Below are positions 8,940-18,924 of a stretch of DNA of 64,000 nucleotides, piece by piece. The notes under the pieces are model-generated. The model made no database searches, was not told the origin of the DNA, and saw only the letters and a list, made by a program, of their open reading frames with translations. The position numbers were made by a program, and so were the translations under genes. Within the stretch, counting starts at the first letter, position 1. Each line of letters begins with the position of its first letter. Source of the DNA: Candidatus Pacearchaeota archaeon (lineage in GTDB: Archaea > Nanobdellota > Nanobdellia > Pacearchaeales > GW2011-AR1); the NCBI GenBank assembly GCA_041659265.1, contig JBAZYP010000009.1:12201-76200 (forward strand), written 5' to 3'.

Positions 8940-11312
8940 GTGAAAAAGGGGATGAAAAAGAAAAATCTTTTGTCTTTAGTAGTATTTCTAGTTTTAAACA
9001 TATTAGTTATTACTTCTGTATCTGCAGTAGTTAATCCGCCAATTGTTGAATCTGTTTCTCCAAATGATGGAATGATTACAAAAAATCCTTTATTTATTTG
9101 CAATGTTACTAGTAATTCTGCTGCATTATCTTTAATTTCAATTAGTATCTGGGATAGTGAAGGACAATTAGTAAATCATTCAATTGTAAACTTTCTAACT
9201 CCAGTATTATCTAATGTTTCAACATGGGCATATAGTTTTAGCAGATCTGGAAATTATACTTGGAATTGTTATTCTGAAGATAGTTTAGGGAATGGAGCTT
9301 GGAGTATTCAAGGAAATAAGACTTTGATATATGACATAACTAATCCATCATTAAAAATTAATTCTCCTTTTAATAACCAGAAATTTGCAACTAAATCCCT
9401 TTCACTTGAATTTTCATCAACAGATTCTACAAAATTTAATCACTCGATTGCGGGTGTTTATAATTCCTTAAATAATATTGAAAATTCGAACATAAGTTAT
9501 TTATCTGGGGATCAAACAATTCCCTTTGATATAAATCAAGATGGAAATTATTCTTTAAGGGTTAATAGTTATGACTTCATTGGAAACTCTAATAGCAGTT
9601 TTGTTAATATTATTGTTGATACAACGAAACCGGAGATAACAAAAAAATCTCCTATCAATGGGAGCACTTATTATACAAATCAATCGATTATAATTTATTT
9701 TGATGCTATTGATTTAACTTCTGTAAAAAAGTGGTGGAGTGATGGCAGTTCTAATTATAGTTTAGATATAGCGAATAATATCAGTTATACTTCGGCTGGA
9801 AATTATAATATAATCATTTATGCAAATGATAGTCTTGGAAATCTAGCAAGTGAAACCGTTTCCTTTTTTGTTATTGACATGCCTCAAAATAAATATCTTG
9901 AAAAAGAAAGTTCAAGTTATGTTGTTTCTGGGAATATTGAAGAAATAGTTTATTCTTACCAAAGCCAATTGCAAAATGTTAATGTTCCTTCAACATTATC
10001 TAGCAAGAATATTCTTATTGATTTTTCACAAATTTTAAATAATGGTGAACTAACTCTTTCGCAGAATTCATTGACACTAACTAGGGAAGATAGTTCGTTA
10101 AATCATGTTTTGATTTTTAATTCTGGAACAAGAATAATTTCTAATATATTGAATTGGGATGGCAAATTAAATTTGCCTTTTATTAGTTCTGAATCGGTTA
10201 GTGTACCTAATTCTGGAAGTTTAGAAATTTTACTTAATATGGGTGCAAGTTCTGAATTAAATTTATCTATTCCTGCAAAAATAATTCTTGCTGGAAAGGC
10301 TGGAAAAAAAGCAGCATGGAAAAAAGGGAGCAGTTCATCTTTAACTGAGATTAGTGTTTTATGTGATAGTATTACTCTTCCTACAAATATTAATTCAAAT
10401 TACCCTAGAGAATGTTATACTAATATTGGAACTGATTTAGTCATATTTACTTATCATCTTTCAGATTTTGCTGCATTCAATCCTACTTCTGTTCCAGTTA
10501 ATCCTAGTTCAGATGAAGAGGAAGTAAGTTCAACATCTTCTCCAGCAGGATCTGCTGGGGGCAACATGGGTTTTGTTTTACATTATCCTAATTATACTGA
10601 AATAAGGGAAGGATTTTCAAGAAGTTTAAAAGCAGGTGATCGTTTTAGGGTAAATATTAGTGGAGAAAATCATTTTGTTATTGTAGATAAGGTTGATACT
10701 AATTTTGTTGTAGTTAATATGTCTCCGAAATTTCAACAAACAGTAATAACCCTTAATGAATTTAAAAAATTTGATATTAATTTGGATGAAACTTTGGATT
10801 TTTCATTAAAGTTGAATTCTGTAATTTCTAATCGGGCTGGTTTAACAATAAAACATTTAGACGAGAAAGTTAATATTCCAACAAAAGAAAAAGAAGATAG
10901 TAGTCAAAAGAATAGTGCTGGAGAATATGCAACAAATGTTCCTACTGCTAGAGTAATAGATTCATCTTCATTATCAAAAAGCACAGGAGCATATGGATTA
11001 AATAGTGAAATAACTAAGAAGAAAACTGGATTATCCTTCTTTTTGTGGGCATTTATTACAAGCATGCTTTTAGTTGCAGGTTTTGCAACAACTAGTCATT
11101 ATGTACAGGTTAGAAAAAAGAAGATTGCTAGTGGTGAATCAAAAAAGTTTTCTTTTTCTTGGTCTAATTTATTTAAACGAGATAAATCTATAACTCCAAT
11201 TAATAATCTTCCTAGAAAAAATTATTTTTCTTTTTATTTTCCTTTTTTTAAACATAAAGAAAAACAAGAATCTTTGAATAATTGGGAACTTGCAAATGTT
11301 GTAAAAAGTTAA
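8940..11312 (+). CDS. Large secreted/surface protein with Ig-like repeats and C-terminal TM anchor
   Basis: Signal peptide ...LLSLVVFLVLNILVITSVSA; Ig-like repeats (ITNPSLKINSPFNNQKF, TTKPEITKKSPINGSTYY); C-terminal TM FFLWAFITSMLLVAGFA and basic tail. Confidence 0.8.
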   Translation: MKKGMKKKNLLSLVVFLVLNILVITSVSAVVNPPIVESVSPNDGMITKNPLFICNVTSNSAALSLISISIWDSEGQLVNHSIVNFLTPVLSNVSTWAYSFSRSGNYTWNCYSEDSLGNGAWSIQGNKTLIYDITNPSLKINSPFNNQKFATKSLSLEFSSTDSTKFNHSIAGVYNSLNNIENSNISYLSGDQTIPFDINQDGNYSLRVNSYDFIGNSNSSFVNIIVDTTKPEITKKSPINGSTYYTNQSIIIYFDAIDLTSVKKWWSDGSSNYSLDIANNISYTSAGNYNIIIYANDSLGNLASETVSFFVIDMPQNKYLEKESSSYVVSGNIEEIVYSYQSQLQNVNVPSTLSSKNILIDFSQILNNGELTLSQNSLTLTREDSSLNHVLIFNSGTRIISNILNWDGKLNLPFISSESVSVPNSGSLEILLNMGASSELNLSIPAKIILAGKAGKKAAWKKGSSSSLTEISVLCDSITLPTNINSNYPRECYTNIGTDLVIFTYHLSDFAAFNPTSVPVNPSSDEEEVSSTSSPAGSAGGNMGFVLHYPNYTEIREGFSRSLKAGDRFRVNISGENHFVIVDKVDTNFVVVNMSPKFQQTVITLNEFKKFDINLDETLDFSLKLNSVISNRAGLTIKHLDEKVNIPTKEKEDSSQKNSAGEYATNVPTARVIDSSSLSKSTGAYGLNSEITKKKTGLSFFLWAFITSMLLVAGFATTSHYVQVRKKKIASGESKKFSFSWSNLFKRDKSITPINNLPRKNYFSFYFPFFKHKEKQESLNNWELANVVKS

Positions 11313-11496
11313 TATTTTTATTAATTTTATAATTCTAAAGAACAAATAGATTCATGTTAATCATTAATCAATTATAATAAATTCTATTGGGTCTTTATTT
11401 AAGAATATCAATAATCTTTCTAATAATAATCTATATATAGGGTTACTTATTAAAAAAATAAGGTAAAAAAAGAGTTATCAACTTAAGATATATAAG

Positions 11497-12717
11497 ATGA
11501 AAAATCCTGATTGGTTATTAGCTGATTTGCATATTCATTCAAAATATTCTAGAGCTTGCAGCAAGGATTTAGATATCCCTAATCTTGTTAAATGGGCGAA
11601 AGTTAAAGGGATTGATATTTTAGGCACAGGCGATTTTACGCATCCTAAATGGCTTGAAGAAATAAAAAAATTAAAGGAAGAAGAAGGAATTTATTATTAT
11701 AATTTAGATGAGGAAAATCGTTTTCCTTTTATTTTAAGTTCTGAAATTTCCCTTGTATATTCAAAAAATGGAAGGGGTAGAAGAATTCATTTATTATATT
11801 TTGCTCCTAACATAGAAGCTGTAAACAAAATTAATTCTTGGTTAGATAGCAAGGGGAGGAGAGATTATGATGGTAGACCTATCTTTAAGATAAGTTGCAG
11901 AGATTTTGTAGATGAGATGAATAAAATAGATGATAGAATAGAAGTAATTCCGGCTCATATTTGGACTCCTTGGTTTGGTGTTTTTGGTAGTAAAGGAGGT
12001 TTTGATAGTTTACTTGATGCATTTGAGGATAAACTTTCCCTTATACATGCAATTGAAACTGGAATTTCATCTGATCCTGAGATGAATTGGAAAATAAAAG
12101 ATTTAGATAATATCTCTATATTAAGTTTTTCAGATGCACATAGTTTTTGGCCCTGGAGACTTGGAAGAGAGGCAACTATTTTTAAAAAACCGATTGGCAA
12201 GTTAAGTTATCTTGAGATAATTAAACAAATTAGAGATAAAACTTTTATAGGCACTATAGAAACTGATCCTTCTTATGGAAAATATCATCTTGATGGTCAT
12301 ATTAAATGTGATTTTTCTTCAATTCCGGAAGTAACTAAGAAATTAAATGGAATTTGCCCTAAATGCAAAAAACCATTAACAATAGGAGTAGATTATAGAG
12401 TTAATGAACTTTCAAAACAAGGAAAATCAAAACTTAAAAATAAAAAAATTTATTATAAAATTTTACCTTTGCATGAAATTATCTCATTAGCATTAGGTAC
12501 TGGAATAAATAGCAAAGCTTGTTGGAAGATATATAATGATTTAATAATTAATTTTAATAATGAAATTGATATTTTATTGAATATTGAAAAAGATAAATTA
12601 AAAGAATTTTTAAAAAATGATTTTTTAGTTGAATTAATTTTAAGAAACCGGGAAGGAAAGATAAAAGTTAAACCTGGATATGATGGAATATATGGTGAAG
12701 CGTTAATTTCTATTTAA
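11497..12717 (+). CDS. Endonuclease Q-like PHP-domain DNA repair nuclease
   Basis: ADLHIHSKYSRACSKDLDIPNLVKWAKVKGIDILGTGDFTHPKWLEEI PHP motifs plus zinc finger GICPKCKKPLTIGVDYRVNEL. Confidence 0.87.
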   Translation: MKNPDWLLADLHIHSKYSRACSKDLDIPNLVKWAKVKGIDILGTGDFTHPKWLEEIKKLKEEEGIYYYNLDEENRFPFILSSEISLVYSKNGRGRRIHLLYFAPNIEAVNKINSWLDSKGRRDYDGRPIFKISCRDFVDEMNKIDDRIEVIPAHIWTPWFGVFGSKGGFDSLLDAFEDKLSLIHAIETGISSDPEMNWKIKDLDNISILSFSDAHSFWPWRLGREATIFKKPIGKLSYLEIIKQIRDKTFIGTIETDPSYGKYHLDGHIKCDFSSIPEVTKKLNGICPKCKKPLTIGVDYRVNELSKQGKSKLKNKKIYYKILPLHEIISLALGTGINSKACWKIYNDLIINFNNEIDILLNIEKDKLKEFLKNDFLVELILRNREGKIKVKPGYDGIYGEALISI

Positions 12718-12737
12718 GAAAAATAAAAGATTTTATT

Positions 12738-13466
12738 TTAGGCTTTTTCAATTAAAAAATCACAATGTTCTTTTTTAGCTAATTTTTCGACCTTTTCCAT
12801 TGTCTGATTCATTTCATTATTTAATCTTTTAAAGTCTTTTCCTTCTATTCGTATGGAATATTTTCCTGCAGCTAGATAAGTGATGCTGCATAAGGAACCA
12901 TTGCAAGACTCCTGCAGGATATTTTTTACAGTAGTCATTCCAGATGATGATTTGTTTGATAATTTAAAAATTTGCCTTATTTCTTTTGGTTTTTCTTTTT
13001 TAGTTTCAAATATTTTTAATATTTTTTCTGATTGTTCTTGATTGAAATAAACATCTAATTTCTTTGGATTTTCAATAGATTCTTCAAAAAAATCCAGAAG
13101 TGCTTCATTTTCTGATATTTTTTCTATTATTTTTTCTGATTCTTCTTTTCCTAGAATTGTTCTTAAAATAGCTTTGTAACTTTTTTCTTTTTCTACTTTT
13201 TCAAGAAGTTCTTTTCTTTCATTTGGTTTAACTCTTCTTAATGAAAGTTGAATTTTATTATCTTTGATACTAAGAATTTTACATACTATTTTTTTATTTG
13301 GAATAACATATTCTCTTAAATTTCTTATTCTACCTGGAGCTATTTCTGAAGTTGTTATTGTTCCATCATCATTATAGTCATCAAGTCTAACAAATACGGT
13401 TGTACCTAGAATCTTATCTACTGTACAAAGTACTAATTGGCCTTCTTCAAGTTGTTCATTTACCAT
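12738..13466 (-). CDS. eif2a: Translation initiation factor aIF2 subunit alpha
   Basis: N-terminal S1 domain EGQLVLCTVDKILGTTVFVRLDDYN...IAPGRIRNLREYVIPNKKIVCKILSIKDNKIQLSLRRV; C-terminal domain with SIRIEGKDFKRLNNEM; adjacent to rps27e. Confidence 0.94.
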   Translation of the reverse strand: MVNEQLEEGQLVLCTVDKILGTTVFVRLDDYNDDGTITTSEIAPGRIRNLREYVIPNKKIVCKILSIKDNKIQLSLRRVKPNERKELLEKVEKEKSYKAILRTILGKEESEKIIEKISENEALLDFFEESIENPKKLDVYFNQEQSEKILKIFETKKEKPKEIRQIFKLSNKSSSGMTTVKNILQESCNGSLCSITYLAAGKYSIRIEGKDFKRLNNEMNQTMEKVEKLAKKEHCDFLIEKA

Positions 13467-13506
13467 AAAGAGAATAGAGAATATAAGCGGTTATAAAGTT
13501 TTTGTA

Positions 13507-13677
13507 TTAATTCAGAACTTCAACTACACGAGCTTTAATTTCTGCTTTTCCGCCTTTTGGTTCTGCAATTATAGCATCACAAATAAGGCATTTAACCTTT
13601 GTTGTTGCTCCTTCGAATATTATTTGTTCGTTCTTACAGGATTGGCATCTTACTTTGATAAATTTATATCTTCCCAT
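13507..13677 (-). CDS. rps27e: 30S ribosomal protein S27e
   Basis: Manually read 56 aa: MGRYKFIKVRCQSCKNEQIIFEGATTKVKCLICDAIIAEPKGGKAEIKARVVEVLN*; C4 zinc ribbon; missed by the ORF track cutoff. Confidence 0.93.
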   Translation of the reverse strand: MGRYKFIKVRCQSCKNEQIIFEGATTKVKCLICDAIIAEPKGGKAEIKARVVEVLN

Positions 13678-13791
13678 GAGAAGTTATGTTTTAGAGGGTT
13701 TAAAAAGATTTTGTTTAGGTATTTTTAGGATAATTACAAAAAATTCCTAAAAATAGTCTATTTTATAAAACTTAGATTCATTAAATAGTCT

Positions 13792-14655
13792 ATGAAAAAA
13801 GATGTGAATGTAAGAGCTCAAATGAGTTTATTTATTATTATTGGAATAATTCTTTTTATTTTAATCGGTTTAATTTATGGATATTATGGATATAAATTAA
13901 AAAAAGATGCTGAATTAAATAAGGAATATTTTAATAATGAAGAGATAAAATTAGAGGTAGAAAATATTTATTCAAATATTCTTTTATGCATAGATATTTC
14001 TGGAAGAGAAAGTTTAAGGATGTTGGGTTTACAAGGAGGATATATTAAAAAACCCATTAGAGCAATCGAATATGATGGCTTTTTTATTCCTTATCATTAT
14101 TATGAAGGAGAATCTTATCCTCTTGGAATTGAGGAAGTTAAACCTGAATTAGAGCTATTTATGAATCAAGAAGTGGAACGTTGTTTTAATACGTTAAATT
14201 TTTCTAATTATGAACTTAAACATGATTTACCAAAAACCCAAGTAGCAATAAATAATGATGAAATTGTTTTTAATGTTGATAGTAAATTTACAATAAAACG
14301 TGATGGAAGATTTATATCATTTAATACAAATGAATATCCTATTCAACAAAAATCTGCATTAAAAGGTATATTAGAAATAGATCAATATATATTAGATTCT
14401 CATAAATTAGATCCTAAAAAATATTGCATTAGCTGTATTGATAAGATGGCTAAAGAAAAGGATATTTATGTAAAATATTCTGTATTTTCAAATAATACAG
14501 TTTTATTTATTATTGGGGAAAATAGGACTGGAACAGAACCTTATTTATTCAATTTTTTTAATAAATATACTGGAAAGGAAACAAGTGATGATTTTAAATT
14601 AACCGGAGATAGTGCTGAAAAAATTCCGGTTTATCAGGGGGGAATAAAATCATGA
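13792..14655 (+). CDS. Pilin-like membrane-anchored protein
   Basis: VRAQMSLFIIIGIILFILIGLIYGYYGYK, class III-like signal/TM; overlaps the next gene by 4 nt. Confidence 0.6.
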   Translation: MKKDVNVRAQMSLFIIIGIILFILIGLIYGYYGYKLKKDAELNKEYFNNEEIKLEVENIYSNILLCIDISGRESLRMLGLQGGYIKKPIRAIEYDGFFIPYHYYEGESYPLGIEEVKPELELFMNQEVERCFNTLNFSNYELKHDLPKTQVAINNDEIVFNVDSKFTIKRDGRFISFNTNEYPIQQKSALKGILEIDQYILDSHKLDPKKYCISCIDKMAKEKDIYVKYSVFSNNTVLFIIGENRTGTEPYLFNFFNKYTGKETSDDFKLTGDSAEKIPVYQGGIKS

Positions 14656-16409
14656 AACTCTCTAGAAATAAAAATTTAATTATTTGTAATTTATTTATTT
14701 TATTTTTAATATTAATATTTCAAATCTCTGCTGCAGATATAACTCCTGAAATAAAAACCGATTTAGAAAATTTTAGAAGTCAACTTGAAATTGGAAATTT
14801 TAAAGATTTATTTACTAAACTAGATAAGACTGATCCTCAGCATCTTTCTGTAATTTTTAGTGGTATGGATAATAAGAATTTAGTACATGTTTGGAATAAT
14901 ATGGAAGTAAAACAATCAAATGGGAATTTGGATATTGAAAAAACTAATAAGTATAGACAAATGCTTTTAGATGGTTTAAAGGATAAAAAAGAAGATATTA
15001 ATTTATTTATTTCAGAACTTATTAAAAAAAATTCTAATATTATAGATTTTGAATTTAGTGGAGTTGAAAATTCTGCAGGAGTTAATATTAATGGAGATTT
15101 TATTGATTTTAAAGATTCAAATGGAAATATTCATAAACTGTCTTTAAAGGATCTGACTGGATTTAAAAAAATTTATTTTTCTGACATGAAAGAGGGTGGA
15201 AATGGATATGCAATGCATTATGTTTATTCAATGGGAAGAAAAAGCGGGGCAGTTTTATCAAGAGGTTATCTTAAGGGAAATGAAAAAAATGGATTTGATA
15301 TATTAGAAAATGAAGGATCAATAATAAAAAATGTTGGTCATATTAGTTTTGGAGATAACCCTCAAGAGGCAATTTATTTTCGTGGAATTCCTAAGGAAGT
15401 GGATGGAGAAAAATTTAGTTTAGGAGATTATATATTTAATAAACCTGGAAGAGATGGAGATATTAATTTTAAAGACTCATTAGGAAATCTTGAATCTAGT
15501 AAACGGGATTTGTTAAATGGACAAGGAGATAGAGTTGGTTTTCAGAATGAAGAAGGATTGAGGGGAGTAAAAAAAATAGATACAAATGGAGATAATATTC
15601 CTGATAAAATAATTGATATAACTCATCAAAATGGGGTTGGAGTAAAATATGGGGATAAAGTAATTGGAGCTAATTCTAAAAATGTTCTTGAGATTAAAGA
15701 TAGGGGAGAAGATATTGAAGCTGGTTTTTCAAAAAATATAATTAATGCAGAAATAACTAATCAAAATGGCAAGGTTTTTTATAAGGATGAATCTGGAAAT
15801 GAAGTAAATGCTGGAAAAGGGTATTCTTTAAAAATTGTTAATGGAAAAACAAATACTGGAGTTTTTGTTGATAGACAAGATAGTGGTGCTGGAACAGAGG
15901 GAGGCAGAGTTGATGGCTCAGGAGAAACTACAATTACACATACACAAGAGCTGGTTAATCAAGAAATTCAAGATGAAAAAGATAGATTAACATCTGAAAA
16001 TAATAATCAAAATAATCAAAATATTGATCCGTCTGCTTTAGCTGTTCATAATTATCTTAATAAGTATAGGGGCAAAGAACTAGTTTGGGATGAAAAAATT
16101 GCTGAAGTAGCAAGAAAATATAGTGTGCATTTGTCTACAGGGGTTCCTTTTAATCATGATCAGGCAGGAGGATTTAACTCAAGACTTTCTCAAATTGGTG
16201 GAAATGGGGGAGAAAATATTGCATATTTTTCAACTTCTGAAGAATTAAACCCTGAAGAAATTGGAAGAAGACTTAGTGTACAGTGGATAAATAGTAGAGG
16301 GCATAGGAATAATATATTAGGCAATTGGAAAAGAACAGGAGTTGGAATATATTCTTTTCAAAGAGGCGGGATGTATTATCATTATGGAACTCAAATCTTT
16401 GCAAATTAA
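14652..16409 (+). CDS. Secreted protein with C-terminal CAP/SCP (cysteine-rich secretory protein-like) domain
   Basis: ALAVHNYLNKYRGKELVWDEKIAEVARKYSVHLSTGVPFNHD...GGENIAYFS...QWINSRGHRNNILGNWKRTGVGIY; N-terminal signal peptide. Confidence 0.85.
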   Translation: MKLSRNKNLIICNLFILFLILIFQISAADITPEIKTDLENFRSQLEIGNFKDLFTKLDKTDPQHLSVIFSGMDNKNLVHVWNNMEVKQSNGNLDIEKTNKYRQMLLDGLKDKKEDINLFISELIKKNSNIIDFEFSGVENSAGVNINGDFIDFKDSNGNIHKLSLKDLTGFKKIYFSDMKEGGNGYAMHYVYSMGRKSGAVLSRGYLKGNEKNGFDILENEGSIIKNVGHISFGDNPQEAIYFRGIPKEVDGEKFSLGDYIFNKPGRDGDINFKDSLGNLESSKRDLLNGQGDRVGFQNEEGLRGVKKIDTNGDNIPDKIIDITHQNGVGVKYGDKVIGANSKNVLEIKDRGEDIEAGFSKNIINAEITNQNGKVFYKDESGNEVNAGKGYSLKIVNGKTNTGVFVDRQDSGAGTEGGRVDGSGETTITHTQELVNQEIQDEKDRLTSENNNQNNQNIDPSALAVHNYLNKYRGKELVWDEKIAEVARKYSVHLSTGVPFNHDQAGGFNSRLSQIGGNGGENIAYFSTSEELNPEEIGRRLSVQWINSRGHRNNILGNWKRTGVGIYSFQRGGMYYHYGTQIFAN

Positions 16410-16423
16410 AAAGAATAAAAAAA

Positions 16424-17752
16424 TCAAACTTTAATTAGTTCGTATTCTAATTTTTTCTTAACTAACTCAATAAATTTTTCTTCTTGATCTTTTTTAATCG
16501 TGCAACCTGCTGATTGTTTATGGCCTCCAAATTCTGCACCAAGGTCTTCTGCAATTGATTCTAAAAAATCTTTAAGATTTCTTCTTGATTTGTTATCTCT
16601 ACCTGCAATTCTAGTTGAAACTTTTATTTTATCTTCATTATATGCCATTGCAATAATTATTGTACCTTCTTTATAGATAGGTGAAAATGAAAGAATGCTT
16701 GCTATTGTTCCTATTATTGTATCTTTAATATTATCTTTTGCATTAATAATAATATATTCTCTTCCTTGAATTTTTTCATTATTTTCTATATATTTAAGAC
16801 CTGAAATAATATGTTGACGATATTTGAAATATATTCTTTCAGCTTTTTTTCTATATTCTGAATTTCCTAAACATAACATTAATGCAATTTCAGGCTTTCC
16901 CATTCTAGAACATGCATTTATTATTGCTGAAAGTTCTCTAGCATCTTCTAATTTATTATAGAATTTTACCAGATATAAGTTTCCAATAAATCTTGAACTT
17001 TCTTTAGCAGATAGTCTTAAAGCTACTGCTGTAACAAGTCTTTTCATTTCTTCTTCTTCTAATTCAATTAATGATCTAAATCCTTTTTCTCCTTTTTCAA
17101 TACCTGCTTCTTTAAGCAGTTCATAGGTTCCTTTTGCATCTCCTGTAACTCCTGGTATAAATGGTCTTGAACAGAATTCTAATGCCTTATCTAGGGGTCT
17201 AGTTGAAGGATAGATTAGTAAACCCTTTCTTATTTTAACTTCAGACTCTTTGATTAATTTACTTCTTGTTTTTGAAATTTCTTTTTCTAAATTATCTCCT
17301 ATCATTCCAATTATTGATAATTGAGACAAATCTTTATTGTCTTGTGAAAATTCTCTAGAAATTAGAAAAGATAATTCAGAAATGCATAATTCTTCAAATT
17401 CCTTAAAAAGATGAGGATTTAAAATATGCAGATTTTTGGATTCAAAAGGAATTAATTCATGATTATCTATAATAAATATTTCTTGGTTTAATGATGAAAT
17501 GTCTTCTAGATTGTTTGAACCCATTCCTAAAAGGATAATTAATTGCTCTTTTGGAAATGAATCTATTTCTTGCTTATTAAGTTGTTTTAAAATTTTAATT
17601 GAAAATTTTTTATTTAATCTTTCAAGGGTTTTAGAAAAAATTGCAGCAGAAATTATTCCATCTGTATCAAAATTACTTATTATGCAGATGTTTTTTTTAT
17701 TTGAAGCTTCTATAAATTCTTTAGAAAATCCTTTTATAGCTTCTTCTATCAT
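16424..17752 (-). CDS. DHH/RecJ-like (Cdc45-related) protein with altered catalytic motifs
   Basis: NFDTDGIISAAIFSKTL, LLGMGSNN, FIIDNHEL, SIIGMIGDN and DHHA1-like EFGGHKQSAGC; next to rps15. Confidence 0.87.
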   Translation of the reverse strand: MIEEAIKGFSKEFIEASNKKNICIISNFDTDGIISAAIFSKTLERLNKKFSIKILKQLNKQEIDSFPKEQLIILLGMGSNNLEDISSLNQEIFIIDNHELIPFESKNLHILNPHLFKEFEELCISELSFLISREFSQDNKDLSQLSIIGMIGDNLEKEISKTRSKLIKESEVKIRKGLLIYPSTRPLDKALEFCSRPFIPGVTGDAKGTYELLKEAGIEKGEKGFRSLIELEEEEMKRLVTAVALRLSAKESSRFIGNLYLVKFYNKLEDARELSAIINACSRMGKPEIALMLCLGNSEYRKKAERIYFKYRQHIISGLKYIENNEKIQGREYIIINAKDNIKDTIIGTIASILSFSPIYKEGTIIIAMAYNEDKIKVSTRIAGRDNKSRRNLKDFLESIAEDLGAEFGGHKQSAGCTIKKDQEEKFIELVKKKLEYELIKV

Positions 17753-17781
17753 TTTACCTCTTTTTATAACTAAAAGTAACT

Positions 17782-18150
17782 TTATTTATTAGAATTTTTT
17801 CTTGAATCGTAGTATTCTCTTTTTTTAAGTTGCGCTTTAGTGATTATTAAAGAACGTTCAGCTTTTTTGTCACCTTTATTTCTACTATAGTGTTTTATTA
17901 TTTTATCTAAATGTGTCTTAAGATTCTTAGTTGTTGGTTCTTCAAATTTACCTTTTTCTTCTAAGATCTTTTTTATTTTAATATTATATAGTTTTACTTT
18001 TGGAATACCGTATTGATCCCTTAATACCAAGCCTATTTTTTCAGAAGTTAAACCTTTATTGGCTAGTTTTACTATAATTGCTTCTACTTCTTCTTTAGTA
18101 TATTTTAACCATACTGGTTTTTCAGTTGTTATTTTTTTTGCTTTAGGCAT
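17782..18150 (-). CDS. rps15: 30S ribosomal protein S15 (uS15)
   Basis: KPVWLKYTKEEVEAIIVKLANKGLTSEKIGLVLRDQYGIPKVKLY...HYSRNKGDKKAERSLIITKAQLKKREYY. Confidence 0.94.
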   Translation of the reverse strand: MPKAKKITTEKPVWLKYTKEEVEAIIVKLANKGLTSEKIGLVLRDQYGIPKVKLYNIKIKKILEEKGKFEEPTTKNLKTHLDKIIKHYSRNKGDKKAERSLIITKAQLKKREYYDSRKNSNK

Positions 18151-18286
18151 GATATTTTTATTCTATAGTGCTTTTTAAAGTTTGTGATTATTGGAAATCT
18201 ATCAACGGAAGGGTAAAAATGCCTTATTTTAATTATAATTCAAATTTCCTTGACAAATTTGATTATTAATAGCCCCATCTGTGAAC

Positions 18287-18353
18287 GTATTTGCACTTTG
18301 TTGATTAAAGCATATTTCTTAAAGGGCAAATACTCGTCGAACCTAACAGGTTC
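18287..18353. ncRNA. Candidate structured RNA or regulatory element between tRNA-Gln and rps15
   Basis: Imperfect 8+4 bp hairpin GTATTTGC-A-CTTT ... AAAG-G-GCAAATAC followed by perfect GAACCT-aac-AGGTTC hairpin; no ORF. Confidence 0.35.
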
Positions 18354-18403
18354 AATTCCTGAAGAATAAAATAAACCCAAAATTATTAAATTTTGGTTTA
18401 TAA

Positions 18404-18476
18404 TAGCCCCACCAGGATTCGAACCTGGGTCCCAGGCTCCAAAGGCCCGTATCCTTGACCACTGGACGATGGGGCT
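18404..18476 (-). tRNA. tRNA-Gln (anticodon TTG)
   Basis: AGCCCCATCGTCCAGTGGTCAAGGATACGGGCCTTTGGAGCCTGGGACCCAGGTTCGAATCCTGGTGGGGCTA; 7-bp acceptor, T-arm GGTTCGAATCC, anticodon loop CTTTGGA. Confidence 0.93.
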
Positions 18477-18653
18477 ATTTTTAGGTCAGAGAATAGAGTT
18501 TTATATGGTTTATAAGCTTTATTTTTTACAGAGAATTAGTTAAATCCTTTGGGATTTGACTAATTAAAGTTCGTTATTAATTGATATGATCTATAGAATC
18601 AATCAAGATCTTGCAAAGGCAAAGTATAAAAATTAAAGTGATTTAAATATAAT

Positions 18654-18884
18654 ATGGTAAAAAAAGGGATTGAGTGTAAAACTATTGTAAAAGGATATTG
18701 GATGAGTGTAATAGGGGTTTTAACAGTATCTTGTTTTATATTTTCATTATTGTTGTTATCACCAGGGTTTACTGGTTATGTTGTATCTGATTTGGAAAAT
18801 AGTAATTATTTTTATTCAGGATTAGTTTTATTTATATTAGGGATACTTGGTTCAGTTACATATGTTAGATTAAGAAATATCTGA
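18654..18884 (+). CDS. Small membrane protein, two TM helices
   Basis: Two hydrophobic segments flanking FTGYVVSDLENS. Confidence 0.6.
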   Translation: MVKKGIECKTIVKGYWMSVIGVLTVSCFIFSLLLLSPGFTGYVVSDLENSNYFYSGLVLFILGILGSVTYVRLRNI

Positions 18885-18924
18885 AAGTTAGAAATATTTA
18901 AAAGTTAATAATCTTAAAAAATTT

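Noticed and set aside
11955-12200. ORF 81 aa (-)
   Set aside because: Antisense within the endonuclease Q-like gene
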